A stretch of DNA of 64,000 nucleotides from Callorhinchus milii (taxonomy: Eukaryota), in the NCBI RefSeq assembly GCF_018977255.1, contig NW_024704742.1, positions 32,738,001 through 32,802,000 on the forward strand. Reading direction: 5' to 3'. A model generated the notes under the pieces. It worked only from the letters and a program-made list of their open reading frames with translations, was not told the origin of the DNA and ran no database searches. Position numbers and translations under genes: made by a program. This document shows, one piece after another, positions 1 through 11,100 of this stretch. Position 1 is the first letter of the stretch. Each line of letters begins with the position of its first letter.

Positions 1-765
1 AATTTTCAGACGACATTTTGTTTTGTAATATGATCCAAAGGATGGCATCTCTGACAATGCAGCACTCCCTCAACATTATATTGGAGTGTTAATGTCCTCC
101 TCCTCATGGCCATGCCCAGCAATGGTTTTAAACTCATCTGAAAAATTCTACGTTCTTCACTAAAAGTCACTGAAAGAATCAGAAACATATGACTTAGAAT
201 TATCTGGAGACTTGCTTTCACAAGGTAAGGAAGATGCTCAATTATGTTTTTTTCAAACCTTTGTGGAATAAAAGGTGAAAGTTGATCATTGTATATGCTT
301 TTTAGTGCAATACCAGCACAATATCATATTAACCTTCAATGCGGTAGATATTTTTATATGGTGAATGACATGATATGATGTTGCAAAACAACTTATCAGA
401 ATCTGATATGTTGCTTCTCTCGTGTGGCCATTTTTCTTTCTGCAACAGTCAATACTAATGCCACAGCCCTAGAGTTTGTCATTGCTTAAATGACTTTTAA
501 TAGAAAGCAACTGTTTGCAACCATTGCTTTCTTCAGTTTCAATTTATGGTTCCCCCGATCATTTAATTTTGAAAAAATAAGTCTAACTATCTGGATGCCT
601 ACCTGATGGAGGGTATTGGTACCTTGATTCTTTGATTCCCTCTACTTTTAATGAATCGTTTCACTAATTATGAAACTTGCACTGACTGAAGGGTGGGTAT
701 AACATCACTTTACTAGGACTAAACCACTTTATGATAGTCACTGCTGGCGGCACATATTTTATAAA

Positions 766-1440
766 CACACTCCACCTTGCTAAGCCAGTCCGGAGCCTTG
801 GCGTCTTGTTTGACGCTCAACTATCCTTTCTACCCCACATCTGCGCCATGACCCGCTCTGCCTTCCCCCACCTCCGCAACGTTGCCCGGCTCCGCCACTG
901 TCTCACACCGCAGGCCGCTGAAACCCACATACACGCCTTCATTACATCAAGGCTCAACTATGCAAATTTACTGCTTGTCGGCCTCCCCAACTCCTCCCTC
1001 CACAGGCTGCAGATCATCCAGAACTCTGCAGCCCATGTCCTCTCCCGCACCAAATTCCGTGACCCTATCACCCCCCATCCTCGCCTGACTCCACTGGCTT
1101 CTTATCACACAGAGAATACAGTTCAAGATCCTGGTCTTCATCTTCAAAGCCCTCCACGGTCTTGCTCCCTCCTACCTCTCCGACCTCCGAAACCCCTACC
1201 AACCTGTTCACTCCCTCCACTCAGCGGGCTCCGGCCTGCTTCACGTCCCCCGTCTTGCTCACCCCACTTTCGGCGGGTGGGCCTTCTGCCATTCTGCCCC
1301 CACCCTCTGGAACTCCATCCCGCAGTCCCTCCTTCTCGCCCCCTCCCTCGCCACTTTCAAGACCCACCTCAAGACCCTCCTCTTCGATCGTGCTTTCGAT
1401 CTCCCTGCTTCCCCCCTGCCCTCCACCCTCCCCCGTAAGC
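766..1440 (+). mobile_element. L2-clade LINE, 5'-truncated 3' portion of ORF2
   Basis: HLRNVARLRHCLT..AAETHIHAFITSRLNYAN.LL.GLP...LQIIQNSAA, typical of the L2 ORF2 C-terminus; frameshifted. Confidence 0.92.
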
Positions 1441-2933
1441 GTTTGGCAGAATGTACTCTAAAGCAAATTGAGTGTATATATATTTTGTGGGCGAAATATA
1501 TACATTCATGAAACAAGTCCAGGCTAACTTGTGTATTGAATCTCTTTCTCTCCTGGAGAGGATCAAACTATAGATTTGAAGTATCTGGGCTAATCAAATC
1601 TTATTTGCTATCAAATGGACCAGAGAATTTAGCTGATTTCTGTATTATGGATTTTTGATTCAAGGCTAAATCAATGATTTATCTCTCCAATGATTTCCAC
1701 TGACTAATGTAAACACCCTTTAGACAGAAACTGTGGATTTTCACTGTAGCGTTAACTCTCCTGCATGAGTGTATGTGTGATCTACCCCATTTGAATAGTC
1801 TACGTTTTGTAATGTGTTTCTTCAAAAATGAAAAAAAAAGCATTGCAGTATTATAATACTACCTTAATTCTTAACTTTTCCTTCGTTTCTTATGTTTTTT
1901 TCTTGCGAGAACATGCAAGTCTGTTATCAAGAATTAATTGCAGTCACAGCACATTTCTGACTGATGTGGGGGGAAGGAGGAGAAAGATGTAGCTCTGGTG
2001 TATGAAAGATACCTGTCCATCTAATGTGCAGTGGAGTCAACACAGCAGAGAAAGGAGAGAGGGGGAGGGAATGCAATGCATTTGCACCCAGGCTGACACT
2101 GAGAGGGCGACTGCATTCCCTGATCGGTTCAGATTTCTCCTCCCTCCTCGTTGCTGAGTTTTATTTGTATCTGGTATTGAAATTATTCGTCTACAACTGC
2201 ATCTAATGTCGGAGAGTAGAGTAAGTTGTCGCTTCTCTTGTTTAAGCCTGGGTCTCGCTGTAGACACATGGAGGCATTCGTGTTACTTGATAGGACCCTG
2301 TTCTCGTTAAATAGATCCCAAACTGCCCGAAATTATTTCTAATATGTTATTTTAAGTATTGCTGTAATTACATTTGCTGACACCCAACCAACCCACTCGT
2401 TGAATCGCTTTACGAACTGAATCCATGTGAAATATATATATATACATACATTATACATTATATACATATACATATACATATATAATATAACATGTTATTT
2501 GGTTATCACATGCCTGCGGACCCAGACATGAGAATTGGTGTTTGGACTAAAAAAAGGTGTATGTTAATTCAGACTGAAAAATGGGATGCATTCAATCAAA
2601 AGTGTGTCATGTTATTGCAAATGGAAAATGACCTGATCCAGACAATCTATATACACTTGAAGTTTTACCAGGAGTCTACTACTTTTCCTAAAATTAAATA
2701 TGTATATCTACAATTTAAAAATCAAATGCTTTCATATCCGCACGCACGATACGAGTAGGCTGTGGCTTTCATATTCGCAAACGTGATAAGAGTGTGCTAC
2801 TCCTATCTGCAGGCTTTACTGTCAAGATACTTTGTAGATAAAAGTTGAATTGTGTGAGAGATCTACTAGAAAATCCAGTGATGCAACCTGAGCACAAGCA
2901 CCTCGTTTTATTCTTATTTCTTGTCCCAGATAA

Positions 2934-3938
2934 CAGTCAGTCAGTCAGTCAGTCGTGAGTGAGTGAGTGAGTGAGTGAGTGAGTGAGTGAGTGAGTGAGT
3001 GAGTGAGTGAGTGAGTGAGTGAGTGAGTGAGTGAGTGGAGTGAGTGGAGTGAGTGAGTGAGTGAGTGAGTGAGTGAGTGAGTGAGTGAGTGAGTGAGTGA
3101 GTGAGTGAGTGAGTGAGTGAGTGAGTGAGTGAGTGAGTGAGTGAGTGAGTGAGTGAGTGAGTGAGTGAGTGAGTGAGTGAGTGAGTGAGTGAGTGAGTGA
3201 GTGAGTGAGTGAGTGGAGTGAGTGAGTGAGTGAGTGAGTGAGTGAGTGAGTGAGTGAGAGTGAGTGAGTGAGTGAGTGAGTGAGTGAGTGAGTGAGTGAG
3301 TGAGTGGAGTGAGTGAGTGAGTGAGTGAGTGAGTGAGTGAGTGGAGTGAGTGAGTGAGTGAGTGAGTGAGTGAGTGAGTGAGTGAGTGAGTGAGTGAGTG
3401 AGTGAGTGAGTGAGTGAGTGAGTGAGTGAGTGAGTGAGTGAGTGAGTGAGTGAGTGAGTGAGTGAGTGAGTGAGTGAGTGAGTGAGTGAGTGAGTGAGTG
3501 AGTGAGTGAGTGAGTGAGTGAGTGAGTGAGTGAGTGAGTGAGTGAGTGAGTGAGTGAGTGAGTGAGTGAGTGAGTGAGTGAGTGAGTGAGTGAGTGAGTG
3601 AGTGAGTGAGTGAGTGAGTGAGTGAGTGAGTGAGTGAGTGAGTGAGTGAGTGAGTGAGTGAGTGAGTGAGTGAGTGAGTGAGTGAGTGAGTGAGTGAGTG
3701 AGTGAGTGAGTGAGTGAGTGAGTGAGTGAGTGAGTGAGTGAGTGAGTGAGTGAGTGAGTGAGTGAGTGAGTGAGTGAGTGAGTGAGTGAGTGAGTGAGTG
3801 AGTGAGTGAGTGAGTGAGTGAGTGAGTGAGTGAGTGAGTGAGTGAGTGAGTGAGTGAGTGAGTGAGTGAGTGAGTGAGTGAGTGAGTGAGTGAGTGAGTG
3901 AGTGAGTGAGTGAGTGAGTGAGTGAGTGAGTGAGTGAG
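2934..3938. repeat. Long (GAGT)n tetranucleotide microsatellite preceded by a short (CAGT)n
   Basis: About 1 kb of nearly pure GAGT with a few GGAGT/GAGA interruptions. Confidence 0.99.
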
Positions 3939-5039
3939 CCTTTTAAAAAACGCCAGGACTTCCGTTCCCTGTGAGTCCCCTTTGGCTGATTTTCATAATG
4001 AGCAAATGTGATGGTTAGTTTTAAAATAGTGCTTTATTCAATCGGCATAACTGACGCACAGTCTATGAATAGTTTATATAGTTGTGACCCGGTCTGTGTC
4101 CGTTCACAAGGTGGAATTGTTTAGCAAAGCCTGTGAGATACAGGGCGATTCGTTCACCTCTCCCACTCACAGCCTCTCCACTGAACAGAGAGCAGTGTTG
4201 CAGGTCCTGAACTTCACCTCCACTCAACATGGTGTGTATGTCTGTTTTAAGTTTTGTTGTCGTTTGATCGATGGGGTAGGGGTGGGGGTGATGGGGGGGG
4301 GGGGTTGGGGGGCAATGGTATTTGTGGTGGAAGTACATTGTCACAGGACTGTTGTGACCAAGGCTAAAATCGTGGTTTTGCAAAACACATAAAGCAAAAC
4401 GAAAACCCTGCCCCAGCACGTGTTGTATTTCTGTTTGGTTTTGTCTGCTGTTTGATCGATAAGCAAAATCATCACAACGCAGGGTAAAATTGTTGTTTTA
4501 AAAAACACATACAAAATATAAAACATATATTTTATATATATATATATATATATACATAAAAGCAACATTGCTGTGGCCAAACAGAGATTGGTAGACACAA
4601 ATAAAAACACATTTTTTTTTACAGTATCATAAGTAACGTATCAGATTCTGATAAATTATTTTGCAACATCATATCACGTCATTTACCGTGCAAGAATATC
4701 TACCACATGTTTTGATATTGTACCAGTATTGCTCCGAAGGACAAGAAGCAATGGGGCTTTGTGATCCCTTGTGTTCGCAAGCGAAGCGTTATATATTGGA
4801 TTGTATTTAATGCCGATTGAAATGCACTGACAAGTTTCATTCAAACTGAAAAGGTGGTCGTCTTCAGATCACTTGGAGGACAGCAATACTGTACATGACG
4901 TCGAGATTCATCGTGAATCCCAGCTTGGATACTGTACAAATATCATGAAGGTTATAGAATGAATCAGAAGTTGTTGCAGTTGTTAACCTGCTCCTACCAG
5001 AGCACTGGGGGGGGGGGAGGAATTCCACTACCTCTAAGC

Positions 5040-5390
5040 TTGTTGATCTTCAATTCCTGGGTGGGGTCAAACCTTAGGCAAGTTTCCTTACTCCACAAGC
5101 CTCTGTTTACCTAAGAGTGAGTAGGAACCCGGTTGTTAGTCGATTGGCGGATCGCCTTTTGCCTTTGAAGGGTAATAATCCCTTCAATATAAATATTTCC
5201 TAAATAATAATTTGGTCACCGAATATCCATGACTGTGTGTGGGGGACGCTGACGCGGGCAATTGGCTGCCGCGTTTCGCCCACAACATACACAGTCAAGT
5301 CACTTTACGGTGTATTCTGCGAAGCGCTTCGAGACGTCCCCGAAGACGCGATAAGCCGCGACATCAAATGCAAGGATCATTATTATTCCG
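5040..5390 (+). mobile_element. SINE family A copy (CpG-rich)
   Basis: Same body and tail as the 12568 and 49190 copies. Confidence 0.85.
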
Positions 5391-5409
5391 TCATGTAAGG
5401 AGCCCAGCA

Positions 5410-6040
5410 GCTCCTTTGACACCTGACGGATGCTATATATAAAAAAAGTGAGTTTCATAGTCACCACATTTCGTCATTCTGCGAATTCATTGCTGGCCCC
5501 CAAGACTTGTTTGGACACCTGCAGGTGCGCCTGGGCCAGCAGCCGACTTTCAAACCAGGGGAGGAAGGAAAGGAAGAGCAGAGAGAAAGCCCAGCCTGTG
5601 CCTCTGCTCCAGGGATGCTGTGCGAGAGATCAGTCCTGCCAGTGACAAGCTGCATGAGGGGACGACATCTAAATGGGGTATATATATATATATATGTATA
5701 TATAAAAAGCAGGGACATGTTTTCAAAAAGGGACACCTTGTACGGTGATTTGGTTTCGTTAAGGAGGTCAAATCCATTGCGTAAAGCATCCGATCTGTGC
5801 GTAAAACTGCAATGGTCGTTTGCGGAAAGTCTTCCACGCGTGCTCCACACGGTGTAAAGCGTGCAACGGGTTCCCGACGTGTGTGTGTGTGTGTGTGTGT
5901 GGTGTGTGTGCAAGAAAAAAAAATTGCAACGAATCAGCCGGATGAAACGCCAGTGGTGCAAATGGGGGTGCCTTGCCCTGCAACAGCAAACAAGCAAGGC
6001 GGCTCTGCAATGTGGCTCAGGCTTCGGTTATAAAGTGAGT
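5410..6040 (+). promoter_or_regulatory. Candidate C4orf54 promoter
   Basis: TATAAA at 6029-6034 at the edge of the CpG-rich gene body; MEF2-type CTATATATAA 5433-5442; palindromic double E-box CACCTGCAGGTG 5516-5527; C/EBP-like TTGCGTAA near 5777. Confidence 0.45.
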
Positions 6041-6045
6041 TGTAA

Positions 6046-8170
6046 ATGCAAGTCGTTAATCGTGCATTGCGTGTGTTGGGTTGTGTTTTGTGCGTTGGGT
6101 TGTGTTTTGCGCGTTGGGTTGCGTTTGTGTGTTGTGTTTGTGCGTTGCGTTGTGCGTTTGAACCGTTTACGACTGCTGGTTTCTCAGCTCTGCAGGACAT
6201 CCCGCTGCTCGGTGCCGACCCTCCTGAGGCCACACTTCGGGCAGAAGACTTGGCCGATGACCTGACGACCGACCCCCCCACCCGCCCCCACCCCCGGAGA
6301 GAGCCGAGCAGCCGCAGCCGCAGCCGCAGCCGCACACACACCTGCCACATGCTTTGCCTCCAGTTGTGCGTGGCGGGGGGGGAAGGGGGGGGTCGGAGCG
6401 GCACTCCGGTCCTGGCTGCAGCCGCCGCTCGTGATGGCACGTGTGAGCGTCACCCCAACCCCTGCCAACAGCTCCGAGACGCCGCCGCCGCCGCCGCCTC
6501 CTCCTCCTCCTCCTCCTCGCCAATGGGGAGCTGCACCTGGTCCATCAGGGCTCACACACAGGAGGGCTCCCCCGACCCTCGCCTCTCGCTGGTTACGGTC
6601 ACGTCCACCGAGTCCGGGCTGCAGCTGGCGAGACCCTCGGGCATGGCCGCACCGCGCCGAGCCCGGATCCCGGCCACGACCCCGGTCCCGGTCCCAGTCA
6701 GCGGCGGCACAGGCACAGGCAGCAACTGCTGCCGCGCAGCGCTGCGCAAGACACGGGCAAGCGCCGAGGTCGCCAGGAACGGCGGGGAGGGCGAGTGCAA
6801 GTACGTGGAGATGCACAGCCTCCCCCAGGCGGCCGGGGACCCGGCGCAGGTTGCACCGGGCGGGGAAGGCGAGCGCCCGGCGGGCGGCCCAGCGGGTGTC
6901 GCCCACAAAGTGGCGGCTGCGCAGGGCACCGAGGCCGGAGCTGGAAGCCATCACACGGCGCTGCTGCTGCTGCTGCTGGAGGAGGAGGAGGAGGAGAAGC
7001 GGTTGATCCCCAGAGCCGAGCCCCGCGGGGGCTCCTCAGCCGACAGCCCGGCCGACGGGTCCGGCACTGACATGTCCGGCTACTGCACCGCCGTCTGCTC
7101 AGAGGAGTACGAGAGCTTCAGCGACGGCCCGGGCTCCCCGGGGGGCTGCGGGGGTGACCCTCAGCCCTCCTTTGGGTCGAGGGTGCAGCCAGGGACTACT
7201 GCAAACCCCCCAGAGATTACTGCCTTACACCCAGAGACTGCTGCCTTACACCCAGTGAATGCTGCCTTACACCCAGTGAATGCTGCCTTACACCCAGAGA
7301 CTGCTGCCTTACACCCAGTGAATGCTGCCTTACACCCAGTGAATGCTGCCTTACACCCGGAGACTGCTGCCTTACACCCAGTGAATGCTGCCTTGCACCC
7401 GGAGACTGCTGCCTTACACCCAGAGACTGCTGCCTTGCACCCAGAGACTGCTGCCTTGCACCCAGAGACTGCTGCCTTGCACCCAGAGACTGCTGCCTTG
7501 CACCCGGAGACTGCTGCCTTGCACCCAGGAGAAGAAGGCAGCCCCGACGCGTCTCTGTGGGACGACTGTTACCATTCGCAAGACAGCGACGAGGCGCATT
7601 ATATCACCACTCACGAGATCCAGCTTTACGAACTGGATCACGAAGGGGATTTCAGTCCGGGCTCGGGCTCGGGCTCGGGTTGGGGTGTGGAGGACCGACT
7701 GCTGTGCGCCTTCGCGCACTCCGGCTGGTTCGACCGGGACGGCGGGTGCCAGGAAGCCTCGCAGACCTGCCGGGGCGCCGGCGCCCCCCGCCTGCCCACG
7801 GATCGGCCACCGGGCGGCATTGGGCGGGCGGCGCCCGGCCAGGGGGAGGGCGCGGCAGGCGACGGGGGCAGCGGACCGGCGGCGAGCCTGGCACCCGCCC
7901 CGGGCGGCAACGGGGGTCCGGCCGCCGGCCACATCCACCTGTCAATCAGGGCGACCTCCAGGGCCGTGCACGAAAGTAGCAGCAGCGTCGCACGGGGAAG
8001 GGGCACCGCGTCCGTGTCCGAGCCGGTGCGGGCAACCGGTCACCCCGTGGCAACCAACGCCTCCGTGCAGCCGGGGCTGGGCAGCAGCACCGGGGCAGCA
8101 GCGGGTGCCGACGCGGGCCCCGTGCGCTCAGGCGCCGGGGCCAGAGGGGTGGGCCAGGGGGTCCGGGGCA
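6046..8170 (+). CDS. C4orf54: C4orf54-like segment 1 (N-terminal frame)
   Basis: ORF 6046..8235 contains HYITTHEIQL and IHLSIRATSRA. Homology moves to another frame somewhere between ~7980 and ~8170. Confidence 0.75.
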
Positions 8171-11100
8171 CTGCAGCGGGGCGTCCAGCGCTGTCAGCGA
8201 GATGGATGAGGCGGACCGGGAGGTGCGCGCCCTGACCGCCAGAGCCTTCCGCAGCCTCGCCGGCCCCTGCGACTGCTACCGGGACACCGACTGCGCCAAC
8301 TACAGCGCCTCCGCCGCCTCCATGTCCATGTCCATGTCCATGTCCTTGTCGGAGGAGGAGAAGGAGAAGGCGGAGGAGGGCACCGGGTTCAACCGCTGGA
8401 CCACCTCCGTGGACCTCAAGTGTCGCGACCTGACCGAGGAGGGCGCGGGCGCGCTGCCCCCCCCGTCCCTGGCGACCCCCACTCGCGTGGGGCCAAAAGG
8501 GGGTCGGCGGACCCGGGGCGGCGGTGCCGGCGTCCTCGGGTCGGGGTCGGGGTCGGGGTCGGGCTGCAGCCGGGGTCTGCCCTCCGCGCCCGCGGGCGTC
8601 CAACCCGCCCCCGCCCCCGCGGGCCACCCGACCCGGTCCTCCCAGAGGCAGGTCCAGCTGAGCGGCGGCGGCGGCGGCGGGGAGGGGCGGGGGCCGGGCC
8701 GGCAGGGCAGCCAGCGGCCGGCACCGGCCGACCGGGGGCAGGCGGGCGGGGGGGGGGAGGAGGAGGGCGGCGGCGGGCAGGCGGCCGAGCCGCTGGAGGG
8801 CGGCGCGCCCAACAAGTCCAAACTCGCCTCCAACCTCCTGCAGAACGTCATCTCCAAGAAGATGCAGTACGAGCAGGAGCTGAAGATGGAGAGGGGGGAG
8901 ATCAGCGACACCTCGTTCGCCGGGAGGGTCAGCCCTCCGCGGCCGCCGTCCCCGAAGGACACGGCGGCTGACACCGGCGGCGGCGGCGGCTGCACAACCA
9001 TCACCAGCAGCTGCACCACCATCAGCACCACCATCACCAACAGCAGCACCAGCAGCTGCACCATCAGCAGCACCAGCAGCAGCACCAGCAGCAGCACCAT
9101 CACCACCAGCAGCAGCGACTTGCAGAGGCAGAACCCACTCAGCCTCTCGGACGCGGCCCCTTCGGCCCCAGGTATCGCTCGCGGATCCGCCGCCGCCGCC
9201 GCCGCCGCGCAGGACAGGAGCGGCAGCGCAGCGCCGGGTGACCGCCGCCGCGCGTCGTCGACGTGCGTAGTGGTTGGCGAGGGTCCGAGGGGGGAGGAGG
9301 AGGAGGAGGGGGAGGGGGAGGGGGGGGGCGGCGGCCCGGGGTCGGGGGGTGTTTTTGCTGCGGAGCCAAAACAGCGCCTTCCGGACTTGGAGGGACGATG
9401 GAGCCACAGCGCAGAGAGGCGACGCCGACAGCGCTCCCGCGGAGCCGCAGACGGCCGCAGCCCGGGCTGCTGGTAGCACCGGCACCGGGGGCACCGGGTC
9501 CGCTCCCAAAGCCACCAAAATGTCTCATCTGTTCGTGCCGAGCATCCAGCAGGTCCCCAAAGAGGCGGAGGCGCGGCTCGGCGTCAACTGCAACTACACC
9601 AGCCGAGCCCAGCAGCACCAGCACCAACACCAGCAGCACCAACACCAGCAGCACCAGCAGCAGAAACAAGGGCACGGCAAGGGGGCATCGTGCACCCAGA
9701 GCGGCTACCACAGCGTGTACGTGGGCAATGCTGGCGAGGACCCGGTGACTTCCAGATCCCCGGAAATCAAGATCAGTCTGAGAAGCCTGAAGGAGGGCAA
9801 CGCGAAGCACAGGGGCGGGGACGGGGACGGCACCAGAGCCGACAAGACCGGCGGCCCGTTCAGCATCGCGAAGCTCCTGACTCCCAATATCGGCTGCACT
9901 GCCGCCGGAGGGGCGGGAGGGCCGTCGGCTGACGGCAGTAGACGCCCACCACCAGCAGCAGCAGCAGCGGCCGCCGCCGCCGCCGCCGCCTCGGCGGCAT
10001 TTGCAGAGGAGGGACGGCAGCGGCAGCTGGACGGCGAGCCGTGCGAGGACGGCAGGCTGAAGGTGCCGCACTTCACGGTCAGGGACCTGCGGGAGAACCT
10101 GCACGGCAAGCTGCAGGCGCCCATCCACCAGGTCCGGGACGTCAGGAAACTGGTCAAGAGCTCCTACCACATCCTGACCCTGGAGCACCTGAACCAGACC
10201 AGGCCGCCCGAGCAGGCAGCGGGCACGGCAAGAGCAGGCGGCGGGGCGCTGCTGCCCATCGTCATCAAGTGCCAGGCAGTCAGCAGGAAGGGCGGCCCGG
10301 GGTCGGCGGCGGCGGAGTACCTGCAGCTGCCGGTGGCTGCGGCGGGGTACTTGCACTTGCCCGGCGCGGGCGCGGCACCAGCACCACCACCAGAGAGAGA
10401 GGCGGAGGGAGACGGCAGCGTGGAGTCCGGGGAGAGCGGCACCGCGAGGGACTCCGGCTGCAGCCACGCGCCCAGGACCGCGGGCCGGCACCCGCTGGGC
10501 AGCGCGGCGGCCGCCGGGGACCAGGCGGCGGGGGCGGGGGCGGCGAGGCGGGAGCGGGGCAGTGTCGGGGGGTCGGGGCTGCCCGCCAGCCAGGTGGCCC
10601 TGCAGAAGCTGACGGCCGCGGTGAGGAGCATGGAGCAGCTGTACGTGTTTGACAGGAACGAGTGGAAGCGCAAGAGCCAGAGCCGACCTCCCCTGCCGCT
10701 GGCCGGCAGCCATGTGCTGTCCCTCATCACCAGCCAGGAGGCAGCCGGCACCAGCAGCGAGAGCAACTGCGCCACGCCCGGCACCGGCAGCGCCACGCCC
10801 GGCATCACCACCACCAGCAGCGGCGGCGGCGGCGGCTCCAGCGCCTTCACCGGCATCAAACCTGGCACCAGCAGTGGCACCCACCTCGGCACCAGCAGTG
10901 CCGCAGCCGAGACCTTCTCCGGCACCAGCAGCGCCACGGCCGGCACCAGCAGCGCCGCGCCCGGCGCGGGCAGTGGCATCTTCTCCGGCGCCACTGGCAG
11001 CAGAGGCGCGGGCGGGGAGACGGGCGGCGGCCGCACGGCCTGGTTCAGCTCCCAGGGCGGGGGCTCGGGGGCTCTGAGTCGGCGGCGGGTGCTGTGCGCT

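Noticed and set aside
731..1438. 235-aa ORF as a host gene
   Set aside because: It is a frameshifted L2 ORF2 remnant.
7216..7528. Regular repeats resembling a CRISPR array
   Set aside because: Head-to-tail units with no unique spacers, in frame within a vertebrate exon.
7980..9345. Micro-introns or programmed frameshifting as the explanation for the C4orf54 frame changes
   Set aside because: No credible GT-AG intron with a pyrimidine tract in either interval and no convincing slippery-site-plus-structure signal; sequence error is simpler.
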